Shown here in pieces: positions 1 to 14,269 of a stretch of DNA of 64,000 nucleotides. The notes below the pieces were generated by a model. The model did no database searches. It was given only the letters and a program-made list of their open reading frames with translations, and had not been told where the DNA came from. Positions within the stretch are counted from its first letter, which is position 1, and each line of letters begins with the position of its first letter. Source of the DNA: Tricharina praecox. Taxonomy: Eukaryota. Location of the stretch: contig NW_026250403.1 of assembly GCF_024521635.1 (NCBI RefSeq), positions 2,790,001 through 2,854,000 of the forward strand, written 5' to 3'. A program made the translations under genes and the position numbers.

Positions 1-2475
1 TAACTATCCCGCTCGGGTCAAATCAGAGTGCATCGTCTTGCCGCCGCCGCCGCATAGTCACCTTTGGTTTCCGAGGTAAGGGAACCTGGAGAGCCAACAA
101 CAACAACAACAACAACAGAAAAACAACAACAAAAACAACAACAAAAACACCAATAACAACAACAATGACAGCGGCAGCAGCAGCAGCAGTGACAGCAGCA
201 CTGGGGTTCGGATGGCTCTGGATCCTTCCTTCCAACGGAAAACAAACAGGCGGTGTTGCCGCCATGGGAAGGAAAGGCGGAAATCTGACACATTCCGCCT
301 GTGGCCTGTGGCGTTGGTGTGAGGCCGAGCCACCGGGTACCCTACGATCCAACACCACCATAGAGTAGGTAGATTCATCGTATGTAGAGCACGACGTTGC
401 CTGTGGAACCGTGAAGTTTGAACGGCGATGGCAGGGCATGAAGTTCCATCCTGATTCCTCACTGCGTTGGTCGACGGTGGTCGTGATACTCCAACCACCC
501 ATCCATCCATCCAACTATCTATCGATCCATCCTATGAGCGGCACACGGCACTTCCCCTCAATCATCAATGTCGCACTCCTCGGCGGCTGGACCTTTCTCC
601 CAAGATCCACTGCCGATGATTGGGCTTATTTCCGGCACGACATCTAAATCCGCGGTAGAAGAAGCCGCCAGCCTCGTTGGCCCGCTGAATGGGTAGGTGG
701 GTGTCGTTCCGTGCTCACTGCTGATGTGTTTATGCAGTTTCTATTCTAAAGTAATCCCAAGATATGTACCTGCTACATACCCGGGATGGATGCGCAGTGC
801 GCACTGTTGTACTGTTGCTTCGTGGCAGACTGGCAGTTCAAAGTTATGGCCGCTCGTTCTGCATGTGTACCTGCTATGTTCCATACCGTACCGTACATAC
901 ATACTGCTCCCGCAAATGTGCAGGCTTCGGCTTCGGCCTCGCCTATGCATCCCAGTTACAGGCTTATACACTGTATATAACAGTTTCGACTCGATTTGAC
1001 GACACAGACGGAAAGGTAAGGTTATCTAGGTAAGGTAAGCTGTCGACTGACTCGCGATGCTATAAGTGCCATAGGCAAGTGGTTCCGTCTCGGCTGGAAT
1101 TGGGTCAACATTTTAAGTATTTACTAGGAGAGGAGAGCCGTCGCGACAGCTGCCGTACATAGCTCCAGGCCACCGCGGCTGCGCATGCCTGGAGGTGGCG
1201 TGTAATGGTTTAGACGCACGTTTGACAGCTATCTCCGCGCTCCGCGCTCGATCGCAACACGTCAGATGCATAAGATATGGAAGAGGAGACGGCTACTGGG
1301 TCACTGCGTGGGTATGTAGGGAACTGCAGTCTGCGGTGGAGGGGCGTTTATTTCAGCTACGTACAGTACCTACTCTACGTACAGATCTTCTACCCATACG
1401 GTAGAGGCCGTGGTTTGAAGATCTCGGGTACAGTTGTTTTTTTGGTGTAGCCATCAATCAGTGATCAGTGATCACACCCATTCTTTCGAGGGAGGCGTGA
1501 AGGTGTGGCGGTATGTATGGATTTCGAGTTTTTACCCCCGTGGTTCTAGAAGATCTCCCACCGAAATTTTGTACCCAATCGGACACTCCGTGGGAAAGAG
1601 CGATTTCATGGGTTCTCGATTTCCAGTCACCAGTATCGTATCCAGTGTCCACAACGGTCCCCGCCGGAATAGAGATAGAGTAAACAACCTAGTCTCGCGG
1701 ATGTGTGAAGTCACAACCGAAGGTAACGTAGGTACTCTACTCTAGAGATACTTCCAGAGACGTGTGCTTTTACGTGGATATCCTCGGTGGGGACGTCCGC
1801 CCACCCCCGATCCGACCAGAAACGGCAGCTTGTGTCAGCCACCGGGGCGGCGATGGATATGGGTGTGGGTATGGGTATCTTGCGCATTTGCCATCCATCC
1901 ATCCATCGCTCGCACTCTGCCTGCCTGACTGACACCTATCTAGACAGTTCAATTCCATATGAGCGCTGTGTTGTTACTCCAAGACTCCAAGACTCCAAGC
2001 CAGTCAGTCAGTCAGTCAGTTCCTTGAAAGAACGAAAGAACGAAAGAAAGAAAGAAAGAAGGAAAGAAGGCAAAGAAAAAAAGCTCATCGTCCGTTCCTG
2101 GCTGTGATTGCCATTCCCATACCATTGCCAGCTTATCTCCTGGCTGGCGGGCGGTAGTAGGAGGTAAAGCGTGGGTCGCACAGCCAATCGCCGCCCTACC
2201 TACCCTCATCTGACCCAACCCAACCTTTTTTTCCACCACCACCACCGCCGCCGCGAAACAGAAAGCAACTTGCCGGCTGGCTCTGCTCTCAGTGCTCTGC
2301 GGCTGAACAGTAATAGGTTCTAACGTCAGTTAGCTGGCAGCTGGCTCCTCTCCCAGGAATCCAGGATAGGTATGTCGGTATTCCTCCTTGAGTTGGAACG
2401 GTTGTTTAGTCCAGTCCTCGTCCTCGTCCTCATCTCGTCTCGCTCGGGGGGCGGGCGGCGATTAAGGAAAGAAGA

Positions 2476-2476
<1 letters not shown>

Positions 2477-2525
<49 letters not shown>

Positions 2526-2536
2526 GTAATAATAAT
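2477..2536. repeat. (AAT)n microsatellite
   Basis: About 16 perfect AAT units plus an interrupted tail. Confidence 0.95.
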
Positions 2537-5240
2537 TACCGGGCTTGTTTTGTCACGACTCACTCACCAGGTGCGGTGGGGTCTGTGAGCCTGGATATCT
2601 GGCCTCATCCGATGCCATCCTCGCGGGCATTCCTTTATCTATTGGCGGGGGGTACCTAGGGTAGGTAGTGCTACGGTATGGCGGCCACAAGTCGCCCGAA
2701 CACCGCTCTTTGATCTTTGATGCCCGATGGTGGTGGTGGTGATGACAGTAGTGGTGGTGGTGGTGGGGTCTCGTCGGTTCTGATCGTCCGGTCCGAGTGC
2801 CCTCCCAGCACCTCCACTCCACCCCCTCTCAAAGACGACGGGGTGGTGCGGCTGGATTGGATTGTGGATTGTGGGTGGATTGTGGATTGGATTATTGGAT
2901 GGGATTGGTTACCAACCACCCGTTAATATCGAGCGTGATGCGTGGGGCTAATTAACGTGGCGGGCGTTTATTGGCTGGTTTCGATATGTCACCCACCCCC
3001 TCCACTCCTCCACAATCGTGATTCGTGACTGACAAGGAAAGATCATCATCAAACAATACATACGGGTTTTTTCTTTCTTTCTTTCTTTCTGGAAACTGCA
3101 GCAGAGCACGGAGCATGGAGCAGAGCACGCCCCGTAGGATTGGAACGGTTATCTCACACCTCACACCTCACACACCCCGTGAGAGGCACACGCCAGGCAG
3201 ATTAGATGGATCGAAGGGGGATGAGGGCTCAGTGGACGGGGTTATCCGCCATCAGACACAGGAAACTCTTCAAAGGAAGGAAGAAGAAGGGGAAAAAAGC
3301 AAGAAAGCAAGAGAAAAAATCCCGTGAAGGTTACAGATCATTGCACTACCAATGCACTGGCGGTATCGGCATCACTCGCGACTGGCAGCCAACTTATGCC
3401 GCGGTTGCACAAGGTAACTCGGACTCCTGGAGGTATGTATGTAACCAGGCAACAGTCGTCCAGATACTCTAGATATTCTGCTCTACTTTCCGAATAGTGG
3501 CAAGTCCAGCCCCATGGCGGCAGGCATGTCGTCGATGGTGGTGGTAGGGGAGGGTTGATATCTGGCAGTGGCATCCTCTAGGTATCTACTAAGGAAAGTA
3601 TCGAGATCCGATGTTGCTCCGTATGTATGTAGCACTCTGTAGCACTCTGGAGTATTGTTGCTGACCGGCCGGAGACACACACACACACTCCCGAGTACCT
3701 ACGGTAGTAACACCTCGATCCATCCATCCATCCAAATCCAACGCGTGATTCTTACTCACTGAGCGGGATATCGGGATATCTCGCAACTTGTGGTTCGTCC
3801 GTTGGACACTGGACAGGTCACCTCGTGGCAAGCTCAGGTACATACATATATACATACCGGTATATACATACCAGTAACGCTCCAGTGCCGCTCCAGTGAC
3901 ATTCCACCAACTCGTGCTCTGCCCGCCGCTGCCCCGCCGCAGCGATGACTGAGTACTAGGTGGTATGTACATCCGGTATGTATGTACAAAGGTACACGGG
4001 TTTTTTCACTGGCAAACGAGAATGGATGGATGGATGGATGGGGCAAGTGGGCTGGGCTGAGCTGAGCAAGCACGCGAGCAAGCTTTCAAGCTTTCATACG
4101 ATGATACCGGTATCGTCGATTTTGATGATGTATTGGAAGCAACTCGGGAACATCTATCAGACTTCGTGATTCATCCTACATCCCATACCCGAATAGGTCC
4201 TCTCAGCTCTGGGCAATCGAATCGACGGATGAGCTCGAGCTCGAGCAGATGCGTTTTCCGACTATCGATCGATGATGGAACCAAGTATGTAAGCATGATG
4301 CCCGCATCGGCCAACCAGAAGGATCAAGGATCCCTCCAAAGACTCAAAGTCACCGGTAGTCACCTTACCGTTAGTCACACATACCGGTGAACTGCCACTG
4401 CCACTTTACAAGTGTATACATGAATATTTGTTTTTTTGTTGGTTGGATGGGGCAAGATCGCTGGGCCTGCCTGCCTGCCTGGCACCTGCGGTGATGATTA
4501 TTTCTATTCGCCACCAGTTTGGAGTGCCTACTCTACTCTATCTATGTAGCTGTTCATCTGTTCATCTGAGGTAGTAGGTACATACGGCCACGAAAAACTA
4601 CCGGATGCATCTTGCGATCCCGCAGTACTAGACTCTGGAGTAGAGTGGTAGTAGTGCATGCCTGCTTCACGTTGCGGGTTTTGCCATCGGAATAGGTGTG
4701 TCAAGGTCGAGTGACTTGACGGGAGTAGTGGTGTCTAGAGTATCTACTGGTGTGTACTGGTATATACCGCCCAGCGCGTAAGTCATGGACCTGAGCGGCG
4801 ACGGAAACTTGTCGGACATATCATACCAGTACTACATAGACTCTGGGAGCTCTCCCAGTGGGCGGATTACTACTCCACGGCCGCCGCACGTATCTATACC
4901 CATAGGTGGGTACTTTGTTGCATAGAGTAGATAGCATGGTTAGAATACACACATAGAACGCAAGCAAGCAAGCCAGTAAAAAGCTACGAAAGCCGGATCC
5001 CTACTGAGCCACACTCCATTTTTTCCATGCCATGGTCCCTCCCTCCCTCCCTTCTCTCCCGCTCCCTCGCAGGAAGTTTGAAAGGAAGGAAACGAGATCA
5101 GCGGGTTCTGCTGCTGCTGCTTGCTGCTTGCTTGCTTGCTTGCTGCGTGCTGCAGCTGCACGCGGATTTTACATACGCACACCATTCTGCGTGACGCAGC
5201 CCCAGCGCCCTGCAGGGCTCGTGCATCATGGCATGGGTGT

Positions 5241-5300
5241 GGGGGGGGGGGGGGGGGGGGGGAAAGCCTGGGGGGAGGGGGGAGGGGGGAGGGGGGAGGG
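5241..5300 (+). repeat. Poly-G tract followed by G5-6A repeats
   Basis: 22 consecutive G then GGGGGGA-type units. Confidence 0.9.
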
Positions 5301-8300
5301 CGTGCACGCTGCAGAAATAAAGAAATATATATGATCTATATACGATCAATACTCTACCTACGTGTATCTCGCCGGCACCAATGGATTTTGCAGTGCTAGG
5401 TAGTAGCCTGTAGGGGTGGTGGATCGCTTCAGCGTTTTGGGATTCCGGATATCCTTGACTTGGTCGTCTTTGGTTTGGTTTGGTTTTTTGGGGGAGGGGG
5501 AGTGGGTGGAGGTGGGTAAGGATGGTGATGAGGGGTTCCTTCTCACGCTCGCAGCTCGGCCATCGGCCTCTTTGCTTTGCTTTCCTTCCTTCTTCTCTTT
5601 CTTTCTTCACGTTGGCTCGCTCGGGTAATGTAAATACTAGTACTGGTACGGTAAACGACTGCTCCATGCAGAAGCGGAAGCCGACCGGTTCGTTCACATG
5701 GGAGGACGAAGAAGAAGGACGATGGGGTTTGGCGAACGGACAAAAGAGCCCACCTGTGAGAGATCGTACGTATATACGGTAGGTACATCACATACATTTG
5801 ACGACTGCAAGTCTGCAAGTCTGCAACGGCAAGAGGGGGAGGGTCTGTCTATCTGTCCGTCCGTATGGTCCGTATGGTCCGTGTGGTCCGTGTAGTCTGT
5901 CCGTCTGTCTGTCTGAGGTCTCGGGTTTTGGGTATAAGGCTGCAGAGGTGGAGCGGGAACCTTCCTTGCTGCAGGCGTTTTAGTGTGGCAGACATCCATC
6001 CATCGCGGGAAGACGCAGTTTGTGCTGAGTACAGTATCGCCGTCACGCGTTTCCTTTTTGTTGCCCACCACCATCAGTGGCCGCCACCACTGAGTACAAC
6101 CATCGTCACCGGCCGGCTCGAGCGCTCGCTCGATCGATGACGTTTCACTTCTTACCAGCTGCTTCCTCCCTCCTCCTCCTCTTGTTCCCCCTTTGTGCGA
6201 GGGCAGACGGGCAAAGCGGCCGTGTGAGCTCGCGGGGGGATGGGGGAAGGAAAGTTGTTGGACGGAAGCTGGAAGCTGGAAATGAAGCACTGTACCATAC
6301 GATGATGTTGGGTGGGTAGGTGTGTGGTCGACAACAGCCCAAGCTCCAGGCGCATGATCTGGCATGATCTGCTGTAACGATGGATTGACTTTGTAAGTTA
6401 CCTACCGTATCTACTGGAGCATTGCGGTGCGTGCCCCCCGCTATACGGTAGTATAGGTATAGAATAGAGCAGGTATATGGTAGGTATAGCCACAGTGTCG
6501 TGTGTATGCTACGAAAGTCAACATGGCCGTGAATGTTTACTACGGTACCGCCGGAGGGGACCATACGTTACGGTTACAGTTACAGGAGGAGGGTGAGCCC
6601 TTACCCGTCTCTCCGTCCCGCGTCCCCCGTCCCCCCGTCCCCCCGTCCCCGTCGCCGTCCCCCGTCTCCGTCCCTTCCCCGTCCTCCATCGCCCGTCCCC
6701 GTCGCCGTCCCTTCCCATCCCCCAACCGCGACCCCAACCCCGCGGAACGATGCAGAAGTCCGGAGAATTCTTTTATTTATTCTTTTATTTATTTATTTCT
6801 TGTTATATTTCAAGGGGGGGGGGGGAGAAATCAAAGTTGCAGCGCATGGTGCAGCAGGCAGCATGCGTGCGTGCTTGCCTGCTTGCTTGCTTGCAGATGC
6901 GAGTTTCGCGGCGGTCGGACGGGCGTTCGGGCGTTCGCAATAACACCACCACCACCATCCATCACACAAACCTAGAGTGCCGAAGCACTTGCTTGGGTAT
7001 GTAGGCGGATCTTATCTGCCCTGTAGATACATGATACATAAAGTACATACGTGAGATAGGTGGGTATGGGCGCTCGTCCGTCCGTTCGTTCGCCTCGCCT
7101 CTGTCGCGCACGGTCGGTTTGTATGTATATAATATGTACCTAACAATCCGCCCGGGTGTCGGTATGTGTGTACCTGGGGAAGCACTTGGTTACTTGTAGA
7201 GTAGATGGATACATCTACGCACTCTACAGTACGGCACGGTGGTAAGCAACTACTGACTTGATGTATGTACTCTAGAGGCACCATGATTCCGCCGCCGCAG
7301 GCCCGCAGTACTCTAGGTACTCTACTCTACTCTGGGAGGGGAGTTCCTACTGCGCCCTGCCCTGCCCTGCAATCAAAATCGATTAATTAGAGTACCTAGA
7401 GTACCCAACACGGATCACATCACACGCAAGGCACAATATGGGAATAGGCAATGCAAGGAAGCAGAAGGGAAGCGAAAGAGGAAGAAGCAGGCTGCGGAAG
7501 GGATCCGGGCTCCACGAGTGACGAGTGACGAGAGTGACGGAGATGATCGATACGATCGATACGAAGCTCCCCCTCCCCTTCGCCGCCGCCGCCGCCGCCG
7601 CCAGTGTCGACGCCGTTGGCGCCTCCCCCTGGTATCTCCGACATCTCTCGACGGGAGACGGAGATGGAGAATTGTAATGAGAAGGGGTTGGAGAACGAGA
7701 GTGGCGGCGGAGGAGCAAGTGGAGGAGGAAGATGAAGAAACCAGTGTCTCAGCGCGGAGTCACCGGGATAATTACGCGAAGTACGTCCGTTGCCAGGGCA
7801 TCGTATAGGTACTGGGTACTAGGTAGTAGGTATATCGTTTAGATTCCCATGCCGCGTTTGTCATGCTGTTTTTAGGTGGTGATGGCCAGCATAGACCATG
7901 GTGCCAGTGCCAGTGCCAGTGGCACTTGGTCTTTTTTTTTGTGTGATTTCCGATTGCCTTTTCGGGCCGGGGAGGTGGTGGAGACAAGGAATCCCCTCCC
8001 CCCCATCCATCGTCCCAACTTTCACGTCCTCAGCTGCGCAGGTGAATGGAGGGGTGTGCGTGCGTGCGTGGGTTATCGATATCATGATCACAGGTAGGGT
8101 TGGGGGGGGGGGGGTCTTGAGTTGATTGATCGATTGTCCGATTGTCCGATTGTTCGATTGTTCGATTGTTCTTGCCGCCATCGAGAACACTTCTTTGCCA
8201 TCCATCCATCCGTCCATCTACATACGAGTATCTATCGCGAAGGCGAAGCCCTTCTTTCTTTCTTTCTACCAGTCATACCGGTACTCTAGAGTGGATGTTC

Positions 8301-11300
8301 GAATCCGTCACGGATGCGCGGTGATCCATCACCCAGCAGCCACCAGCGTGCGGTGATAAGTAGAGTACAAGCGCGGTATTATTCGGCAGCACTAGTTGGG
8401 CTGTGGCTGGCTCGCTGGCTCGCTGGCTGGAGTTATCGAAACCTCGGGAAACGAAACCCCCCAACCCCCAGTAACTAGCCGTGGCCCGTTAGTTAGCTGG
8501 TTAGCTGGTTAGTCCCGTGGAGGAGAGGGGGAGGGAAGATGCGAACGAACGAAAGCCACCGGTCCTTTTCTATCCATATCTCGCGCAACAATTACCACTT
8601 GTCGCGCTTGTAACGCCAAAATCACTACCGGCGCACCTACCATACACACCTAACCACCTAACCTACCCACCTCACCTACCTATCGCACATGCCCTGAGTT
8701 ATCGGCAGTGATGGATAGAGTAGAGTGAGCGAATACCCACACGGATCCGGCCAATCCAATCCCCTCTCCTCCCCTCGCGAAACTCCTGGATCGATACTCT
8801 CCACTCTGCTCTAGATACTCCACTCTAGTTTCTGATGGCCTCGAGCGTCACGCGTGGATGGCACTAACGAGCTAACGGGTAGAACCTTTTTGGCTGGTTG
8901 GCTGGCTGGCTGGCTTTCTAACGCAGGCTCTCCCACGCAGGTTCCGAAGAGAAGTGAAGTGAAGGGAAGGGGAAGTGAAGGGGAGGGGAAGTGAAGGGGA
9001 GGAAGGAGTTGCCTTTTCCCATGTGCGTTGTAGTAACGCCGCCGCCGACGCCGCCGACGACGACGATGACAACGCAGGAGGAGCCGGCTCACCTCTTGGA
9101 TGGGTGGGCGGATGAGCATTCGTCCTACCGTTTTGGGCCCGGCGAATCGGCCGCTCCCTTGCTTCGTTCGTTCGCTCGCGACGGCGCTTGCTGGGTACCT
9201 GGGCAGTGGGCACTTCTAGTCGCTCGCTCCGGCGTCACGTCAGCGGGCAAAAATACCTTGCGAACGGGGTGGGTCGGTCGGTCGGTCGGGAGAAGGAAAA
9301 GAAAAGAAAAGAAAGAAGGTGGCAGGCAGGAAGGCAGGCAGGTGGAAGGGCGGCCAATTCGAAACAAAATTAAACCTTCAACTACGCCGCCACCGTGTGA
9401 ATGGGAGTGTCGTGGTCTGTAGAAGTACGTTTCGACTGCCTGCTGACTGGTCGTGCGAGGGCACGAATGATGAGCTGATGATGGTGATGATTGTGATGTT
9501 CGGTATCACAGCCGTCTATCTAGAGTATTCTACGCCAGCCACGCCAGTCCGACCCCGTGCTACTGTCGTTGTTGTTGTCATTGTAGACGCCTGGGAATGT
9601 TTGTTTCTCTGGCCAGACAGATGCTCCAGTGTCCACCACCACAGCACGGGACAGCACAGTATCAATTATTACGGTACATATTCTTCAGAAAGATCTCCGG
9701 AGCTGTCGCTAGCCGCTCCCCTCCAATCAACGCGGGGGCTTCACGGGGCGCCGCGGAGCTAATCACCGTGCGCCGCTGGGGGGGCATTTCTGTCTCACTC
9801 TGAAGCAGGCAATCCGGCGTGGGACAAGTCTCACTTCCCTTTCGAGGTCACGCCAAAATCATAATAACAGTGATAATGGTGATGATGATAATCCCCACAC
9901 TATCATACCGGTACTACCATGTCTGTAAGTAAGGAAGTACAGGTACCTGGTACATACACACTGCGAAAGCTATGTAGATATCCCATCAATCGGCGCGGTC
10001 CACGCGATTATCTGGCCCTCCCAGCCAGCTGCCGGCGGAGTCTCGCCCGCTAAACTACTTCTCTAGATGTCAACAATTGATCACGGAGGTTCATCTTTCG
10101 TCTTGCTGCTGGTGGTGGTGGTGGGCGGGTCGGTTGGGTTTCAGGCTTGCTTGCCCGCTTGCCTGTGCTTGCCTGTGCTTGCCTGTGCTTGAGCTTGTGT
10201 GTGCTTGCTGCCTCGCTCGCTCGCTCGTCTCCCCTTGCAGGTTGCCCTAAGTACCCTTTTGGCAACTAGAGTACATGCTTACCTAGAGTACGGTACTTGC
10301 CTTACCTACCCTACCGGTATCATCCAAGTACTCTACACACTAGTAAGCGTTCGTTTTCACGGTGGCGGCAGGGCGGCGTAGTTGATGGTGGTGGTGGCGG
10401 CGGATGGGGTTGTTGTTGTGGTTGCGGTTGTTGTGGTTCTGGTGGTGGTGGTCCTGTCCTTCCTGACTGTCCTTCCTGGTCCCGTCCTGTCCTTCCTGGT
10501 CCTGGCCGGTGGGTTCGTTGGGCTGGCTGGCGGTGGACGTACGATGCCATCCATCCAAGACAACCACCGATACCTATCCCGTTCGTTCTGTGCGATGATG
10601 AAAACGATGATGATGATAATACTGGTATCGATGATGGTAGGTTAAGCGTGTGCGATGTTGCGGCAAACCTCCAGCATGGTATCATACCGGTATGTATTAT
10701 ACCTACTCTGCCTATCTACCGTACCGTGTCCTACCATACTTCCTTCTATCCCACCTTGCCTGCCTGCCTACGTGTTGTCGTGACCGGTATGTAAGTTCAT
10801 ACATACATAACTCTACCACACTCTACTCACTCTATTGCCATGCCATACGGCCGTGACATGACCGCCGATGGATGGATGTCTATCGCTTCTGGCCTGCCGT
10901 TCACGGCGTTGCGTGATTAAATGGGGACGATACCTGCCCGCTTGCCCGTCTGCTTGTTTTTCCGTCGTGTTAGTCCTCGTCGACCACGACGACTACGACG
11001 ACTACGACGACGACGTCCATCGTCCCCACCATGGCCACCACCATCACCATCAGCACCCCCGTCTCTCACGGACATGCCCCGGTTCATCACCAATAAGAGG
11101 CACGATAATGCTTCCATATTTACACACGCAATCCTTGGAGGGTGGAGGGGACCTTGCCAGCGCACACTCCGCCCTAGCCTCTTTCTGCATCCGACCTACT
11201 CTGCGACAGGCCAAGCTTGCTGTGTTATTTTTTTTCTCGTTCCTCTCTGTCTGCTCTCTGCTCTCTCTCTGTCTGTGTGTTCTTCGATCCCCTAACCCTG

Positions 11301-11689
11301 CTCCGCTCCCTCTCTCACTCTCTCGCACAAGAGCACGCTATACCGTGAGCGGCCTAGCCGTGCGTGTCGTCCCTTCTCGTCGCTCGACCAAAACCTCGCG
11401 GAGTCGCTGCCCCCCTCCCCCCTGCCCATCTCTGCCAATCCGAACACGGCACCTTCGCCCCAGCCAGCCAACCAGCTGTCCGCTGCTCGCCGAGCCCTGA
11501 TCCCCATTCCCTGCTCGCCCTCCTTCCTCCCTCCCTCCACACCACCTACCCCTTCCCTTCACCCCCCCCCGACCCGAACAGAACGGCTTGCGAGTGTCTG
11601 TGTGGTATGGGTTGGGGTGTGGATGCGTGTGTGGGTGGGCGGGTGGTGTGGGAGGGTGTGTGCTGGCTGGGGTTCGCCAGTCCTCCCCT

Positions 11690-11730
11690 CCCATCCATCC
11701 ATCCATCCATCCATCCATCCATCCATCCAT
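11690..11730. repeat. (CCAT)n microsatellite
   Basis: About 10 CCAT units. Confidence 0.9.
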
Positions 11731-12995
11731 CACTCCTCGCTTGGGACAAGGGACAAGACAGGCCGACCGCAGACAGTGGGGGCTTTTTCTTGGGGAGTGG
11801 AGGTGGGGGAGGGGGCTCAGTCAGTCAGTCAGAGACAAGGTGAGTGAGATCGAGTGCAACGGAATTCGATTCGAAGGGGGCAGCCATTGCGATTGGGGTT
11901 TTTTTTTTCTTCTTCTTTACTTTTCCTCTGCCTTTCCTTTGCCGTTTTCCTTTTACTGCCTTTTTACTTCTTTTTTTTATGGGGGGGGGCTTTCGTTCTT
12001 GACGGGTTGAGGTGAAGTCGAAGCAGTCGCGCGTTTTTGGCTTCCCGGGGTTTCTGGCTGGTCCGGATGGCACTAACCGCCGGCACGGGTAGACTGCCAG
12101 TGGGGATGCAGAGAAGAGTGGGTGGGCAGTGGGAATGTGGTGGGCACTGGGAAGTCTTCCTCCTCGTGCTGCTGCTGCTGCTGGTGGGCATAATTATCCT
12201 ACTGACCGCACACCCGTACCGGACCCATACGGCAATTAACTATTGAGTTCAAGGCTGCTCGCCCGCTGCTCCATCCTGTGCTGCATGAGAGACATTCAGG
12301 CTCAAGGCTTCATCGGCATCAGCATCAGCATCAGCACCATCTCATCACTCAGCAAGTGGCATCAGTGCTACCGGCTCGGTGGTGGTGGTATTGGTGGTAG
12401 TAGTGGTGATGGCGGCGGTGGTGGCGCCATGGGCCAATGTACTGTGTACCTTGAGCATCACGGAGCAGAGTACCACAGAGCAGAGTATCACCGCCTGCGT
12501 GGGTGTCGAGCAATCGGTAAACAGCATATCTCGAGTAAACGTACATGCATCGGGCGTGCGTGCGAGTGTGCGAACGAACGGCTGGCTGGTTGGAGCTCGC
12601 CTTCTTGCAGTTTGCCATTGCCGCTGCCGCAGCTGCTTCTGCTGCTGCTGGTGTGGATTGGATGGACATAAGCTTGTTTCGACGGGGGGCGGCATGAGAA
12701 CGGCGGAATCCCATTTATTTTCGAGGTCCGTCACTGGCCGGCGGCCGCCCATCCCATAATCAACCTTCAAGCCATGGCCATCGGCGCATTATTATTACAT
12801 ACATCCTATCGTCTGCCATACTGCTACTGCTACTGCGGCGCGCGGGCGTGATGGTAGTGAAGCGTCCGTGTGATTGAGCAGTAGTGGTAGTATGTAGTAT
12901 CTAGCAGTAGTACTATGTAGAATACCTATCGGCCAGTGATCCTCCAACCGCATGCGTAGATGGAGTATGGAGATACTCTATCCGTATGTACTCTA

Positions 12996-13026
<31 letters not shown>

Positions 13027-14238
13027 CATCACTCTACTACGGTACTCTACTCGCATCCATCTGTCCTATCGATATAGATTGCGGGTCGTCCGTCCCGTGT
13101 GCTTCTTTACTTGCTTCCGTAGGGTAGAGTAGAGTACATGGAACACGGTGGGCTTTCTTTCTTAGTCCTTCGGCGGTTGCATCTCACACGTCCTCACTCC
13201 CGAGCGTGCGAACGGTCAGAGGGGAAGGGAAGCCCGCCGACTTGTCAGCGCCGGTATGTATGTAACAAGTAGTCTCACGCAGACGGGTAGTGGGGGGAGG
13301 GTAGTGGTGGTGTTGGTGGTGGCCGTAGTGGCAGTGGCAGTGGTATCTAGTGGTAGTGGAGGTGGGCGTTGGATTTCTGGGTTTGATGGTTGCGCTGCTG
13401 CCAGCTGCCAGCTGCTGCTCCTCGTGCTTCTGCTTCTGCTTCTGCTTCTGCTTCATGCTCTCCAGACTTTTTTTCCCCGTAGTCTGTACCTGCCTTTGTG
13501 CTTTGGTGGATTTCGTTCGTTTGTTTGTGTGTTTGTTACTCGAACTCGAACTCGGCATCGGCATCGGCGGTAGGTATTTAGGCAGACAGACAGGCAGCCA
13601 GCAGCATACTCTAGCCAATCTCTGTGTGCGTGCTTGCTTGCTCGCTTTCTTGCTTGCTTACCGGTAAAAATCACAATACTCCGGGTCCTCTGCTGCTACA
13701 GGAAGGACTCGTGGAGAGAGGCGAAGTAGAAGCCGGAGCAGAAGCCGGAGGGATGGGAGCAGACAGACGGGCAGGGCGAAGCAGCCGCTAGAGCGAAGGG
13801 ACACGGGGAAAGAGGTGATGGTAACCGGAGCGAGAAAAGTCACCATAGAATCCGCCTGAAGCTTCGGGTATATCCAGTGTCCCATCGAAAGTCAAAAATC
13901 ACCTCCAGTCAGCCCGCTCGCCCCCAATTCCGCCGCCCCACCTCCCCCGCCACTCCGCCGGCCGCCCCCCCCCCCCCCCCCCCCCCCGCCCGTCGAATCC
14001 TCCCCCTTCGCTGCCCCTCCCGCCCTTGTAAAACGAAAAGGGCAGAAGAAGAAGACGAAGAAGAAAAGGAAGTAGATGTAGGAGAAGAAGAAGAAGACGA
14101 GCGGGATTGAGAAGAAGAAGAAGAAGAAGACATTGCTGTTGGATAGCCGTTATTTATCTCTCTTTACTTATTTCATTTTCGACTGCTCGTCCTGCTCTCT
14201 CTCCGCAGCCGCTTTCTTCTGCTCGTCTCCACCGCCCA

Positions 14239-14269
<31 letters not shown>

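Noticed and set aside
18-514. Three overlapping minus-strand ORFs
   Set aside because: Derived from (AAC)n/(GCA)n repeats; poly-C/V/L products, no coding signal.
8290-8320. GTTCGAATCC (B-box/T-loop-like)
   Set aside because: No upstream D-arm or cloverleaf pairing.
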